Source of the DNA: Balanoglossus misakiensis
Lineage: Eukaryota > Animalia > Hemichordata
Length of the DNA stretch: 64,000 nucleotides
Assembly: GCA_040954595.2 (NCBI GenBank)
Contig: CM082591.2
Coordinates: 7,058,047 to 7,122,046, forward strand
Reading direction: 5' to 3'
Positions 13,409-29,500 of the stretch are shown here, piece by piece; the stretch's first letter is position 1; the number at the start of each line of letters is the position of its first letter. The notes beneath the pieces are model-generated. The model saw only the letters and a list, made by a program, of their open reading frames with translations, searched no databases and was not told the DNA's origin. Made by a program: the position numbers and the translations under genes.

Positions 13409-16400
13409 CAGACAGACAGAAATACAGAAATACATTCAGAAATACAGAAATACATACATGCACACAAACACACATACATACAGAAGACAGATGCCACCAA
13501 CCCCATAAGCTCCTGTGGTATAGATACATACCGAATGAGAGCTAAAATGGTTTTACTACAATGACACTATACATATTTTTCTAGCCTACCTTGGGGGCAA
13601 TAGCCAGAAGGTGTACAGGTAAGCCATCATCAGCTGAACTATCAGATCCACTTGTACTGTAAAGGCAAAAATAGCGTCAATGACACTGTGCTCCCATTTG
13701 ATAGAGTTAATACATAAAAAAGTGACATACATAATACATATCTACTGTATTAACCGTCCACTGCTTTCCCCAAAACAACTGATAAGGCGAGATAAGCCAC
13801 TCATCTGTTTTCTTTGTAATTTGGTTTGCAGGACACAATGGTTTTGTTTTGTGTCATATTTGCAACTCACTTCTATTGAGCAACACCCCCTGCTCTTTAA
13901 TTCAGCCAATCAGTTGCAGATTAGTTTATTATTGACTTCTAAGAGGTCATGATTACATTGAGAGCAGAGACCTAAATTGCCATTGTTAGAGTTCTTTGAC
14001 ATGTGTGTGGAGCATAGCAAAAAAAAAAAACACACGAGTGGTGAGAATTAAAAGTTGTTGCACTAACCTGGATTCAACCACAGACATATACTCTTCATTC
14101 AAATCAACAACTCCATCTGGAGGTAGTGGTGATCCAACTAGACGCAGATGAGCCAAGATCTCCTGTCGTACCCTCTCCTCCAAGACACAAAGAATTTGAG
14201 CAGCCTGTGACAAACAGAGCAGATAATTAGCACATTAATTGGACTGCATGGCACGACAAACACGCATATACTGTAAAACGTGAAATTTTCACAACAGGAA
14301 ATTTTCGCGATATCAAAAGTGGCAACTGTTACACGACTACTAATTTTTGCGTTCTCGTATTTCACTGCATCGTTATCTCTGAAAAAATATTTCTACGCGA
14401 CTTTTCATTTTTGCGTGTTTTGGCTCTCACATAGTTCGCGAAAAATGTTTCGCTCATGAAAAATTTACATTTTACAGTATGTTCAACAATGTTTGTGATG
14501 CATCAATTGAGAAACCTTGAATATCAAATCAATGAAATTCATAAATATGCTAAGTTGCATTACTGAGACAGGGTAGGTACTGATGTTAAAGGGACATGTA
14601 ATTTTTGGCTTTAATTTCAGCATTTCTATTCTGTGTATCAAATTCAATTTCTTGTTCTACTCCAAACAGCAAGTTGATATACCCAGTATTCCACTTGTCA
14701 ACATATCATGCATGTGTGTAATGGCCATTGTTATTGTTGACAAATGAATTCTAGTCCGGACTTGAATTCAAATTCTGCATAATAACAATGGTGACTATAC
14801 ACATACATGTTGTGCTAATCATCTGGATACTGGGAATTTTATCATGTTTCAGGGAACTTCAGTAAATACACAAAATCAAAAGTACTGAAAACAGAGCAGA
14901 AATTACAGCTAATGGAACTTCAAGGAACCTATATGGAGTGAACATCGCATTATTAAAGATGTGTGTGATTTAACACTAATGTGCTATACACAGTACTGAT
15001 ATTGTACATGTAGAACTAATATTTAGAAGGTTATTGCAATTATTACTGTTTACAAATAATAGGTGAATTTATTTGATAAAAAAAACATATGGTTGGGTGG
15101 AAGGGATGAAAATTGGTGAAAGATGAAAATCGGGAAGGGGTGAAAATTGGGGAGGGATGAAAATTCTATCTGCAGTCTGGTTAATGGATCTATACAAATC
15201 AATATCAAAATGATACTTGCAGCAGTTCTCAAGTTTTTGATATGGACTGACATACAAATATAGAGCCACCAGACCTCTATATAGTGGCCACTTTGTTACA
15301 GTCCTTGTGCAATTTACATGTGCATTAGTTGACCTGTATATAAAGGCCACCTGTCTATAAAGGCCAGTTTAGGAAAGTCCCTTGACTGGCCACTATAGAC
15401 AGGTTTGACTGCATACACATACCAAATAGGAGCTAAAGACCACCAAAGATTCGGGAAGAATGTCAGTGAAGATGCAACTCCATAATGGAAAAATGCAACA
15501 TGCATCAAAGAGAAAAAAGTTTGCATTCAATCGGGGAAAGTTGGGATACAGAAGGTTGACCCACAAAAATTGCTCTTTTATCAAAAGGAAGAACTGCATG
15601 CTGGGATTGTCACAAAATCTCAAAATGGTCGTGATAATTACCAGACACAAGATGATAGCCATTAAAAAGGAAATAAAAATATTTCCATGTTAGCAACAAA
15701 TGGTTAATCAAAGAAAATAACATTATAGTGCACCGCAGGCCATTACAGCGTCACAGGCTGCAATGCTCTATTTTCTGCAGCGACACTGTCAATCTTGCCG
15801 CAGTACTGGTTCAGCTGCGAAGATTTCATTGTTGCCAACAACCTTTTATGACATTCGAAAAACATTACCAGCTACATGCATGCTACACTATGGAGTATTG
15901 TAAACATATGACTGATAGGTATGACAGGTGGTTGTCTTATGGGCATGTGTGTAATTTTGTGTGCACAATCCGAAGTTTCTGCAAATTTTGCATTCAACGC
16001 ATTCAAATATTGGACTGCCTTCACTCCCTTCCATATTTCATGCACACTGTATAAGTAGACTCTAGTTTTGTCCCTTATTTTCACCCAACTTGCTGTCTTT
16101 TCCTGATCTCCAACACAGACTATGGTCGCCGCCATCTTGTCTCTTGTTAGGACTGCACACTACCTTTAGGCATTGACTGTATACAAGATTTGTAACCAGA
16201 GTCTCGGTTCGGCACATATGCATAAGACGATTGTCGCTCTTTAAACTTAAATAAAATTTCCCCAAAATTTTGGGTAGGATTAAATATAATCCTGTGGATT
16301 ATCTTTACCTTGGAGTTATCCGGATCACAGTAATCCAATAATGAGTCGCAGAAGTGATATCCCATGTCTTCATAATCCTTAGTACTGAAGTGATAGTTGG

Positions 16401-19400
16401 CTTTGTTGCCCATGGATGAACCGCAAAATGTAGCCTAGCAAAGAGATAGATGTACATATCACTATTAGAGCTCCAGTAACTCCAACTTTGGACTAATTTT
16501 CTCAGGACTTTTGTTTTGGTTATCAACTGGGGTTTCTTGTTCTACTCTGTGAAACAAATTGCTCGGTATTTGCTTTTTTAACACAGCCCTTATAGTAATC
16601 ATGTCTGAGACTTGAATTCATTTGACGTCAATAAAAATATAAGCTTTGTTGAGAGGCTAAAGACTGAATTACATTTCATAAAGTTACCCAAAGTAGAACA
16701 AGAAACCAGAGTTGATACATGGGAGAAAAATTATTTTAAATGAACAGCAATTAAACACACAGGTAAATAATTTGTTTTTAACCATCAAAATGTTGACGGC
16801 TTCATCAGGGAGGATTCCATGTACAGGCTTCATAATCAAATTATTACGGTGTACAACATGATGATGTTGACTGACTTTCGCTACCAGACACAGTACCAAT
16901 CTATTTGAACTACTTGGTTCCAGATCACGTAAGTACTTATCGGTACAATTATTTACCTCCATTGTAAAGCTATTCATGATGCCCATCTGCCACATAACAA
17001 CACGACCAGTGCCTTCTTTGCTCTTCTGAACTTTGAACTTGCAACTTTCATAGCAAAACTGAGGGGAAAATCAAATAGTTGGAAATACCAAATCATCACA
17101 TAATGTACAAGACACACATACTATTTAAATACTGTAAAAAGGGAAATTCGAAAGAGCCCCAAAATATCTGAAAATAAATAGGAACAACATGTACAATAGA
17201 ATGTTTTTTGGAGATAAGAGAATGCAAACATTTATTGTCACGATATAGTTGCCTTTCAGCAGTAAGGTTATTTCAATGGAGCAATCTATCAAAGTTGGAA
17301 ACTCATGAAAATAATGGGGCAGTTGCAGCTACTTGGACTTTAACCTTTTCATTAATATGGTTCAGTCCAAACCCATCGTTTTCTATGGTAAGGTTGGACC
17401 TCTAAAGAGGGAACTGGGAGTGGAAGGGTTAAGGCGACATATCAAAACTCTCCTTTAAACATAACAGAAGCAGTTACCTACGTTTTGCTTCCCTACCATA
17501 AAATCTACAAGAAAATGAATCTATACATGTATCCTACCTTGCCAGGTGCATTTTTATTGAGTATGAATGGAAAGATTCTTTCTCGAAGTCTCTTGGCTGG
17601 GTTGTGTCTATTTTCACATCCATATATGAAGACATTTTGCTTTCTGCTATGTCCATGTAGGTCACAGTATATGGTTACATCACGTTCTTCCATCAACCTA
17701 AACAGCAGACACATTATGGATGTACGATCAGTAAAATTGACACTTGTGCTGTTCTGATTAACCGACCTACCATAGTTTTAACCCGCCGACCCTAAACTTT
17801 TAAGAGCTTTATAAACCCGGAAGTAGAAATAATGATGTCAAATATACAAAATTTATGAAAATTGCATGAATCATGCAAGAACTATGATGTCATTCTTCTA
17901 CACTATGGGGCCAAAGATATTTAAAATATTGCAAAATAAAATTTTTTTCCTACCCTAACCTACCCTATTTTAGAATACCATGTAAGCAGGACAGCACATA
18001 TTATTTGGGGGGGGGGGGGCCTGACCAATTCTTTGATATCAAATGACGTCAGACGTACTCAGACGCATTTACGTGCCTGGGCATTCACATTTCCAGATGA
18101 CAGGCAACGTCAGCAACATGGTGCAGACAAAGACTGTGCAAACGAAACGCCATGAGGCTGATGAGACACCATGCTCGGAAAAACTTTTACTAGATGCCGA
18201 AATATTGTTTGCCCGTCATCTGAAAATGACAACGCCGGGGTCACATGGCTAGATCACGTGACTGATAGTAAAGAATCAGACTGTGACCCCAAATACTTAC
18301 TTTTTGATGAGCAGTTTACAATGGCAGACTGATGGGAAAGACTCTTTGAGTACTGATTTGTAATTTCTATTCAGATCTCTACCAGCTAGAGAACATCTGT
18401 AATTGCCAACAATTACACCGTCAGGATTCAACATGGGAATCACTTTGAACACAAAGGTATCCCGTAGCAGCTGCAATACAAAAGAATACAAATTATATTA
18501 TATCAGTGCAACATGGTTTAAATCCATTAATTGCTGTGATTGGATGAGAGCCTGTTTTAATTTATGCACGCCAAGGTTAAATCCAAACAGCAAGCTTATA
18601 TACCCAGCATACCACTTGTCAGCCATAGCCTGTATGTGTGTAACGAACATTGTTATTGTTGACAAATGAATTCTAGTCCGGATTTGTATTCAAATTTTGC
18701 ACAATAACAATGCTGACTATACACATTATATAATTATGTAGGTTGTGTAGTTAAGCTTAGTATTTGCCATTTCATCATGCTTCAGTGTTGATTTTACACA
18801 TATAGGTTGTTTTAATGAGTTGATAACAGGGCATTTCATCATGCTGAACAGGGATTCGTTTCAAGAAACTGCAGTAGATACACAAAAACAAAAACGCTGA
18901 AAAAATAGCAAACAGTTACAGCTGAGGTCCTTGAAAGGTCAATGACCTCCAAGGTCACCCACCTTAGCATCAGCTGAATCCCCCGTCAAATAATCCAAAA
19001 ATCCTTTCATCATCCAACTGGCTGGTGTTTCTCCAGGATGCACTCTGGCTGTCAGAACAACTGCACGTTTGCTCTGTTTGAAAAGAAATTAATTTTGAGA
19101 AATTGAACGTTTACGATTAATGAATTTTGAGAAATTGATTGTTTCCGATTAATGAATTTTGAGAAATTGATTGTTTCCGATTAATGAATTTTGAGAAATT
19201 GATCATTTCCGATTAATGAATTTTGAGAAATTGAACGTTTCCGAATAACGAATTTTGAGGAATTGAACGTTTCCGAATAACGAATTTTGAGAAATTGATT
19301 GTTTCCGATTAATGAATTTTGAGAAATTTATCATTTACTATTAATGAATTTTGAGAAATTGAACGTGTACGATTAATGAATTTTGAGAAATTGAACGTTT

Positions 19401-22400
19401 ACGATTTATCAAAAGATTGCGTAAAAAATGTATACTATATGATCAAATGCGATATGCACAGATGACAGGCTAATTACTGATGCACTATAATTATATGATT
19501 AGAAATCGAGAATATATTCATCTAGAATAGTCAACACTTACCACTGAAATTAAGTTGATATTTTTTTGGTTTCAGTAAAAAATTATCATAAATTTCTTTA
19601 TATTTTTAATGATGGCTTGTTATTGCCGGAGTTTTATCATATGCTTGAAATACCACCATTTATGTTCCAAACTAATTTTGAAATTTTCGGAATTTGCTTT
19701 TAATTTTTAGGTTTTCTTCAACAGACATAAGTTTTACCATTACCTTGACGCAACTGTATATGTATCATAATTTGTCTTTTAAATTCATTCACACCACAAC
19801 ATTTCCAGGAAATTTTCATATAAATATCTCTAAAAAATCAGTTGAACTTTTTTTTCGAATGAAACATTCAGCTGATTTTTTAATTTATTGGTGTAATCTG
19901 AAAAAAATCAACAGAAATTTTCACAGATTTGCTGAATATTTGGGAACGCCTTACCTTGGCATGTTGTGGATTGATAGATGGTGATGTAATTGTTAAGACA
20001 TAGACTAAGTTGCCAGCTAGTGTCCGACACAAGACACGTTGTTTGCAGAAACGACTGCGCACAGGGTCATTCTGTAGATTGAGCAGGTAACTCTGAAAAA
20101 ACAACCACACATCATGTTAGGGTTATAATTTTCATGACAATTAGTTCATGTGAGGAAAAACAGGTACAGCCTGGCTAAAGGTTCAAAGCAAAATGTTCTT
20201 GTGAGTGTTTACACTTAAAGGCCGATGATCATCTTATGCGCATGTGCGTAATTTCGTGTGTGCAAACATCACATCCAATCCAAATGTTTTGCAAACTTTG
20301 CATTCAACGCATTCAAATAGTGGACTGCCTTCGCTTCCTTCCATATTTCATGCGCACCGAATAAGTAGACTTTAGTTTTGTCCCTTCTTTTCACCCAATT
20401 TGTCTTTTCCCAATCTCTGACACAGACAATGGTCACGTCGCCGCCATTTTGTATGTTGTTAAGACAGCATATTGCCTATGGCATTGACTGTACACAACTT
20501 TTGTAACCTTAGTCTCTGGTTTGGCACATGTGCATAAGGTGATCATCGCTCTTTAAACATGTCTTTTTCAATATACATGAAAATTTCACAGAAGATATAC
20601 ATACCTGTAAATCTGAATAGCTGTATGGATAACAATGTGCAAAGTAATAAGTGTCATTCAAATTTGGAAATGTACATGTCCATGTCAGGGAATAATAGTA
20701 CTTGTCTCCCTTCATGTTCATTCGTCTGAAATGACAGAAAAAGAGAAAAAGATTAAAATTAGTCCGTCCTACCTTTAAATAAGTTTTCGCTACCTACATT
20801 GTAGGTTAGAGATTAAAATCTCATATGGTCTACACAATTTCAAGATGGCCGATTTTTGCCACGTTTACAGGTATACAGTCACGTCCAAGTTACATACGCC
20901 CATATATGGCTGAAATGGCGTATTTTGGTGTTCAAAAGAACGTGTGGCAGCACTCTTTTTTTCGCATGTGCCACCCACTGAAAATCTGTGATTGGTTAGA
21001 TCTCAATTTGCCATGGTAACTGTAGCTAAATTTACATAGGTGACTGTATACCTTTAAGAAACAGAAGTCCATAAGAGTTTATACAAGTATAAATAAAGTG
21101 TGGTTGTATTCCTTGAATTGGATTTTCATGTTAAAAGTAATTCCATTATTACCTGTTATTATTTCTGTAATATTTGATGTCTTCTCCACATCTTTTCCAT
21201 CCAGTTTTCTTGTTGAGAGCATCTAATTCAGAATACATCAGAGGTCTCATGCCTTGATTGTAAAGACTTCCAGGCTGTATGAAGAATATATGTACACAGG
21301 GCATTTTGAGAAGTGATCATTATAGGGTTTAACAAAATACAGCACTGTATGGACGAGGGCTTGAAGTGACGTAATACATCACTCACTGAGCCCGAGTCTA
21401 TATAGGGCCGTATTTTGTGCATAACCCTGCTATATACACCTTCCTTCGTTATTAAAGCCCCATGAGCTGGAACTTTGGGGAAACTATCATGAAATTTATT
21501 TTCAAAGTGTACTAATAAGAGGCCAAACAGATGTATGCACTGACGTATATATACAATTACCGTATATTCTCACAAATAAGCGCCACCCTTGATTAGGCGC
21601 CAGTGATACCTGACTTTGCTACTTTTTACTTAAAATTAAGCGCCAGGAATTTTTTTTTGAGGTGTGTGGACGTACGTGAATCATGACAAGTACTACCGAG
21701 GTAACACCTGTTTAGGGTTCTTGGGGTCTTGTCAAAAACAACGGGGGCTTGCTGCGTGAATAATAATTGACCTGAGCAGACAATGCATGCTTTGGGCTGA
21801 TGTGCTATTTATTTACAAGATGAAATCGGGCACATGTCAACCTCCTAATTTATGTAAATTATAACACTGCAAAAGACACAGGTGCCGGGCGTCTAGACAC
21901 TCGTCTTTTTCCTGTCGATCGATCGGCAGCCGCTTACGTTACCGGCACTACCACCCAAGTTTGACCATATGGCCAGGGCTTTGAAATAATAGGACTAGTT
22001 TCAAGTTGTGAATGTTTGCGGTAATAATTTTCTCGTGAATATTCACGCAACCTGAGTATTCACGCAACCTTGCCTGACCTTACATGTGTGAGAGCATGAT
22101 GACAAAGACGCACTTGGACTAAACCACTATACGTCAGTAGATTTTGTTGATGGTTCAGCCAGCATACTGTAATGCTGTTCGTAGTGTTCACTTCGTTGAC
22201 AACTTTTTATTTCTGGAATATTTATTAGATAATACATTGAACTGACTGTATTTAAATAGAAAATGTTAAAACTTTACATATGAATTTGAAACAGCCATTC
22301 ATTCACTGCGGACACTCCCTTACGAGAACACTGATTGGAATGTCCCAAATCATTTGCATATGAATCAACAGGGTACAGTATACAGGGCGACCCATGAATA

Positions 22401-25400
22401 AGCGCCACCAGTTCTTGAAAAGACTCATTTCTGCCTTTGTTTAGGCGCCACCAAAATTTGAAATGGTTCAAAAGTGGCGCTTATTTGTGAGAATATACGG
22501 TATTATTAACCCTAAATATGACTGCATATGCAAGTTTTAACCAGATAAATGGCCGCCACCGTGGGAAAATGCAAGAAACAATGAAAATGTTGCATTTTCC
22601 CACTTTCATACTTCATAAACAAAACATGATTTCATCCACTGGAAGACATGGAATTAAACATACTCCACTGAGACCTTAACCTATGCCACTGGTGCTGTAC
22701 AATAACTTTTGTATTTGTACGGTACGCACAGACAGGAAGACATGTTTGTCTATTTGACCTTTGACCTGCTGATATTTGGGGAAATAGGACAACAACAATG
22801 CTCTGTATTGCACGCATTGTGTGAAATTGAAAGCTATTATGTTCCATGTTGCTTACAATTGAAAATAGGTTGACCGTGGAGGAATTATTACACTACATGG
22901 CCAACCATGCATGTCTTTTTGGGTCACACACAAAAATATGTGCTGATGACCTTGTTCGCAGTCAAAATTTTAACAATGTGTTCCATGTACGCAAAGGCTT
23001 ACGGATGTCAATATGTGCATGCAGTCAAACACATTGCAATCAGAAAAATGCTTGCAAAATAATCATTATGCATACAATAGCATTTTGGGGGCTAACTGCG
23101 AAATCTGACGCTATTGTTGGAGATTAGGAAGTCATACAAGTTGTTTAGAAATTAAATAAAGCTGGCTGAGTATATTTTAAAGGAAGTTTGATTTATGTAC
23201 AAGAAAACAATTATTTTGTTTTCATTAGGACACATTCTAGTGATGTTAAATATTTTACTAAACCAGTTTTTCACAAAATACACACCCTTTTTGTCATTCT
23301 GTTTTTCGTCCTGTATATCCTATATATCATCTTCAGTTTCTTGTTCTACTGTGGATAGCTGACCACTAGGCTATGAGGCCACCTTATTTTTCAATGTTCT
23401 CATGACAATTTATATTGAAAATTTTTTGCTTCTAAAACTTAAAACACATATGCATCTGCATTGACGTTGGGGTAACCAACTACAAAAGTTTACCAAAGAT
23501 TGGTGAGAGGATAAATTTCTCCTAATTCAAATCCAATCTCATCTCTGAAAAAGTTTCTTACCTTCATCAGGTTGACAATGGTGAAGCGATAGCGAATGCC
23601 AGGTCTTGCGTTGTTCACACGGAAATAATACCACTGTGTGTGTTTCTTGGTGTACAGGTCGTAACGAAGGTGTAGCTCGTACTCGTATTCAGACCTAAAC
23701 AAAAATGAACATTAAGAATGTACAATCAGTAAAATTGAAAGTATTGTCATTTCTTTTAATTGTGGATTTTCAGTTTCTTATATGTATGTATTATGAAAAT
23801 CTGTTATAAAATATAGTGGGTCACTGCGCTTGGTTTAAAAATACAAGGCCGCGAAATTTAGTCGATATAGTGAAGAATACTGCTGAGTCAGCATTTTTCA
23901 CCAATGGTTAGTCTATGGGCAAAGTATTCAGCAAAGTTTATCTCAAAATAGAGCATAGTGACCATACGATTTTATTTGACCGATGAATTTATGTTCTGAG
24001 CATACATCTTTATACAACAAACTAGACTACATTTATAGCTAGCACTTCACTGATTTATCGCATGCACGGTTGAAGTATTGATTGCTTTCTGTTCAGATAC
24101 TTGGTTGGGGAATTTGGCAATTTTCCAGCCCAAAACACACCTGTGATTCTCTGTTATAATAAAAGGACAGCTGATCAGTGATCCATGACATGGTCTTTGG
24201 ACCTCAAAATCTCTTGACAACATAAACTGCCCGGGGTTGCAAATAATTGACAGTTTGGAAATGGCTTTTTTACGTTGACGATTTTGTCAAATGCCTCAGG
24301 AAGGCTGTACTGGAAATGTGATATACGGGTATATACTGTAAAACAGGAAATTTTCGCAAAGGAAATTTCGCGATATAAAAAAAGGCAATTTTTACGCAAT
24401 GATTAATATTCTTATATTTTACTGCATCGTTATCTCTGAAAAACATTTTTACACAACTTTTTCTTTTCATGTTGTTTGGCTCTCGCATTCATGTATTTAT
24501 AGTATTAAAATACACTTTTTTTATAAAGTCTTGGATCAAGAGACTCACCTCTGAATAGCTTTGTAGAGATTTCCACTTTCAAAGCGAGATTCAAATATTA
24601 ACGTTTTGTCTTCTGGACTGGAAAGTTTCACAGCACGGTCAGAACAGCCATTGCGGTTACCACCAACACGGGACCTCAAAAACTGAAAATAAATGAAATA
24701 TTTAAAATCTGTCCTCACTCAAAGTTATTCTATCGGCTGGGAACCTATCGCTGAGTAAGGTCTTAATTTATTTCAAGGGAGAAAGTCTCTCTCTCGCTGC
24801 CCTTTTTCCATTATTTATGTTTGATACAAGACACTGGATATACATGTATAGTGAATCAATGTTCGACCACACACAACTTCCATCTCATTTATAGACACAA
24901 GAGTGAAAATCTCACCAAAATGAATAAATGGTATACACCAATTATTCATTTTGGCGAGTTTTTCACTCTCGTGTCTACAAGCGGGATGGAAGTTGTGTGT
25001 GGTTGAACGTTCCTTCACTACATATCCACATGTAGAATAACATAAACGGTGTCTTGTATCAAACATAATTGATGGAAAAAGGGCAGCGAGAGAGAGACTT
25101 TGTCCCTTTAATCTAATGTCTAAGGAGACATCAAGCGTTGTGGTGAGGGTACCCGAGACTCACAATCGGAGAGTTGTGAGTTCAAGATCCAGACTCAGAC
25201 ATGGCCGTGAATTTTCTATCTGAGGATGGAGACTTCATCAGTTCTGGGGGGACTGACTTTGTCAAGGTGATTTGCACCACTTCCAGTCATCCAATCCGAA
25301 GCAGACATACTTTCTGTGTTTGCTCTGGATGAATTACAGTAAAACCTGTCTAAACCGAACACCAGAGACTGAAGAAATAGTTTGGTTTGCAGAGGTGTCT

Positions 25401-26458
25401 GGTTTATAGAGGTTCTTTCAATATGTGGTTCTATGTCCAAGGGACAGGAAAATGTGTTCAGTATACAGATTTTCCAGATTAGACAAAGTTCGGTTTAGAC
25501 AAGTTTTACTGTATAAATAAAAAAAATAAAAAATCTGTTCTTCTCTAGTGGGTTCCAGTATGTTAGAAGAATTGATGTCATAGGTTGTTTACGAGGGTAG
25601 GGGTCACTACCAATAACTTCTAAGCTATTTGGTGTGAAATAAGGAGATTATTCCAAACAGTAATCAAGGTCAGAATAGTTTATAAGTGCAGAAAGGACAA
25701 AGTATAATAAATGAAATACTTACATAACCTTCTTTAGGAGCTGGATTGTAGAAGACAACACGACCTTCACTGTCACTGCCTGTCATTGGCATCTTTTCAA
25801 CACCAGCTATAAATCAGAATAATACAATGCATCAGTTGAATTCTTAAAGTATATGAGGTAATTTCTTTCAATCTTGAAAAGGACATTAGCTGTAACTTTT
25901 GGCTATTTCCCAGTATTTTTGTTCTATGTACCAAAATCAATTTCTTGTTCTACTCCAAACATCATGCTAATGTTCACAGTGCTTCACTTGTCAACAATGT
26001 CTGTATATGTGTAACAACCATTGTTATTGTTGATATATGAATTCTAGTCAGGAATTGAATTCAAATTTTGCACAATAACAACGCTGACTATACATATATA
26101 GGTTGTGTTAATAGCTGGATAATGGGCATTTCGTCATATTTCAGGAATTTGAACAAGAACCTGCAGTACATACAAAACAAAAATACTGAAAGCAGAGAAA
26201 AAAGGAACAGCTCATGGAGCTTTAGAAACTGTCTTTTTAGTCAGAAGTTCGACAGGGGAAATGAACTCATTTTGACATTTTTCTTCCACATTATTTTGAC
26301 AGAAAACAAAATCAGCTATAAATTATTCAACATAACTTCATACTTACTTGGTTGGTAGAATGCCTCAGCTTCACTGGGTATATAGGGAATATGTACAACT
26401 CTCTCCGGTAATACTTCCATTGCTGATGGCCTGTCGGCAAGAAAAACAACAAAACATT

Positions 26459-26513
<55 letters not shown>

Positions 26514-29500
26514 CATGAAATGGTTATGATTCAATTTCAAGAATATATTTGTCAGGATTTCCCCATCTATATACAATCAAACCTGTCTACAGTGGCCAGT
26601 AAGGGACTTCGCTAAAGTGGCCTCTATAGACAGGTGGTCTTTATAGACAGGTCAGGTAATTTATTCATGATCTGATATACATGTACATGTACATTGTACA
26701 TGAACAAATGAATAGTGTCTTTGGTTTGACTTGCCATCAATACGTTTGGCAAGGGAAACACTAACATGCTAAAATGCTCTAACACACATTTCAGACACAC
26801 ACACTTAATCAGGGACTAAACATTTTCTGCTAAGTTCATTGGTGAAAATGTTCAGCTCAAGTTGCTGCTACAGACAGGCATGAAACACATCGTGAAATGC
26901 TGAGTGACCAGCACTCAAGTGAAAAAGCCAGCAAACAGGTAGACAGGTTTGACTGCAGTACTTACCATCTTGCAGCATGTTGTGCTCCTTGTTCCTTGGT
27001 GAGAGCGTACAAATTACGAGGTTCCCGAAGTCTTGGTACCTGAGAAAGTTGAGAAGTGGAATTATATAACCACAACTGGACAAAACGTCATGACACATGT
27101 ATGCAATGCAACATTTTATAAGAATAGTTCATCATATTGCCTACACTCACTATTTTACTTTATAAGATACTGTATTTCTCCTGAGCGAAGCCCCCCCCCC
27201 CCCCCCCAAAGTATAAAGAGGTAAAACTTAAGACTATGTGAAAAATGGCAGGTAAAAGCCTCAGGTACCCCAAGGGAAATTATGAACTTCAATTTGAATT
27301 CAATTTGAGCAATCTGACGGTATATCTTACCATTTTGCCAGCTTCACAGCTGAACACCAGCTGAGTTGTCTTATTAAACTCATCTTGAAGTCTTCCTTCT
27401 GAAATTCAATCAATGCAGAAACCATTAATAATATAATTGTAGCTAATTGATGATTTTTGGACAAACGTTTCTTTGTTTTTATTATTGTGCTTTCACAAAA
27501 AGAACATTAGCTGTATCTTTTTGCTTTTTGTTTTATGTACCAAATGCAATTTCTTGTACTCCAAACAGCATGCTAATATACCCAGTACTCCACTTGTCAA
27601 CATAGCCTGTATGTGTGTATGAACATTTGTGGCATATTTTTAATGCGAACTTACAACTCTTTTACAAACAGTTTACCATCATCCATGTATCCAAGTTCGA
27701 AATTGCTAACAAAAAATATATGTCTACCACTTCATTGTTCATAATCTTGACAAGGTCAAGGCCTTGGGACCTCAAATGTTATCATCTGCCAGAGTATGAA
27801 TGCAACACGCTTGAACTTAATTGGCCAAACCAAAACCATAAATAATCTTTGTCAATATGTAAAATTCAATTGTCAGATAAACACAAATTGTGTGTTTAAT
27901 GAAGCCCTTTTCAGATATAACTTTTATGTCTAAGTCTCTGCATTTAATATCTTTCAACGTTGACTTCTAAAAATTGCATGAGTAGCTAAAAATACAATTT
28001 AATATTTTAGATTTTATCTAGCCGGTGTTATTATTTATCAACATACATGTATGCAATATGCTTAAAGTTGGTAATCTCACCTATAAAATCATGCAACTAA
28101 ATGTGCCAGCCTACAGCTTGTGGATATTAATACAATAATTTGCACATTAATTGATATTCTTTTGAAGAACTTTTCGTAAAATTCAAAGCACTAATAAACA
28201 TGTCACATTAAAATTCAGTATTTATCTCGTTGGTGTCGCAAGAATGTCAATTTTTAAGTTACTATGTACGTTCATGTTTGTGGTCCCAATCCTTTCCTGT
28301 ATGCCCCTAAGAAACAGACTACAGAGTCAACACAATAGACATTGTTAGAGCATTACCCTTTAGGGACACTGGCATTTGCTCCATAGAATTTGACGACCAC
28401 AGATTACAATAGGAAAGCCGCCCGCTGGGTATGTTTCATTGTCCTCAAACACTTCAAATGACAATTGCTTTGGGAAATGAGACGTCTCTTTTATGTCCAT
28501 GAGGGCTTTGTTACCTTTGCCGAGACAAATTTGTTCTGGGTTCTGTCTGGCTGTGAATTTTCATTGCTGCTCCAAACCAGACATTTTCAACCCAATACAA
28601 ACTGGAATCTGTGGCATGTTTTTAGTGAATCCTTACTCATTAATTTCAATGTCTAGCAGGTAATCAAGGCCAAAATTCGGCTAGTTATACTTTGCGAAAC
28701 AACAAAACAGCGAAACGAAACAGCGAAACGACGAAACCATTATTAAAATAGGGGCCAGTCATCAAGACGGTGACGTATTATTATTTTAAAAGTTTCCAAA
28801 TAAGTTCCTGGTCTGCGGCCTGGTACTAGTGGTTGCGCGCCAAAAAAGAATCCCGCCCCAAAAGGTCAATGTACGAGTATATTCACAGGGCTAAGGATTA
28901 GTTGAAACAAAGCAGTAGTGTCCGTAATAGAAGCTTTCGAGGGTCAAACACTGATGGGGGGTAAGAGTAGTAGTTATATATAGAAACACATGTAACTCAC
29001 ACAACACAGTATCATTGTCGAAATTTCTTTATTATCTTAATTGCAATTCATGCCTCCCCGCCTTGTGGTATTTAAGGAAATAGTGTCAGTTGCTGCCGCA
29101 TTTTGAGGTTTCGATCTGTTGTGGTTTCGTTGTGCGCGCGCGTATATTCACTGTGTATATGTAGCAGTTTGGCATGAATCGTTTGCGCGCACACGACGTC
29201 GACTCTACCACTACATAGTACCAGGCCGCAGACCAGGAACTGGCGACCCGCCGTTTGTTTCCAACGCCAAATTCTAATGTTGAATTTCCGAGAAAACAAT
29301 TTATCTGACCTGTAGTTTTCTTGGCTCGCTTACGTTTTAATTTGGAAACTTTAAAAAAAATCATACGCCACCGTCTTGATGACTGGCCCCTATTTTAATA
29401 ATGGTTTCGTCGTTTCGCTGTTTCGTTGTTTCGCAAAGTATAACTAGCCCCAAAATTCAAAACCCCATTTGCAACGCACGACCTCCCAATTTTGACTTTA

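Noticed and set aside
12785-13564. 259-aa ORF and overlapping MYVC-rich ORFs
   Set aside because: Translations of a (TACA)n microsatellite.
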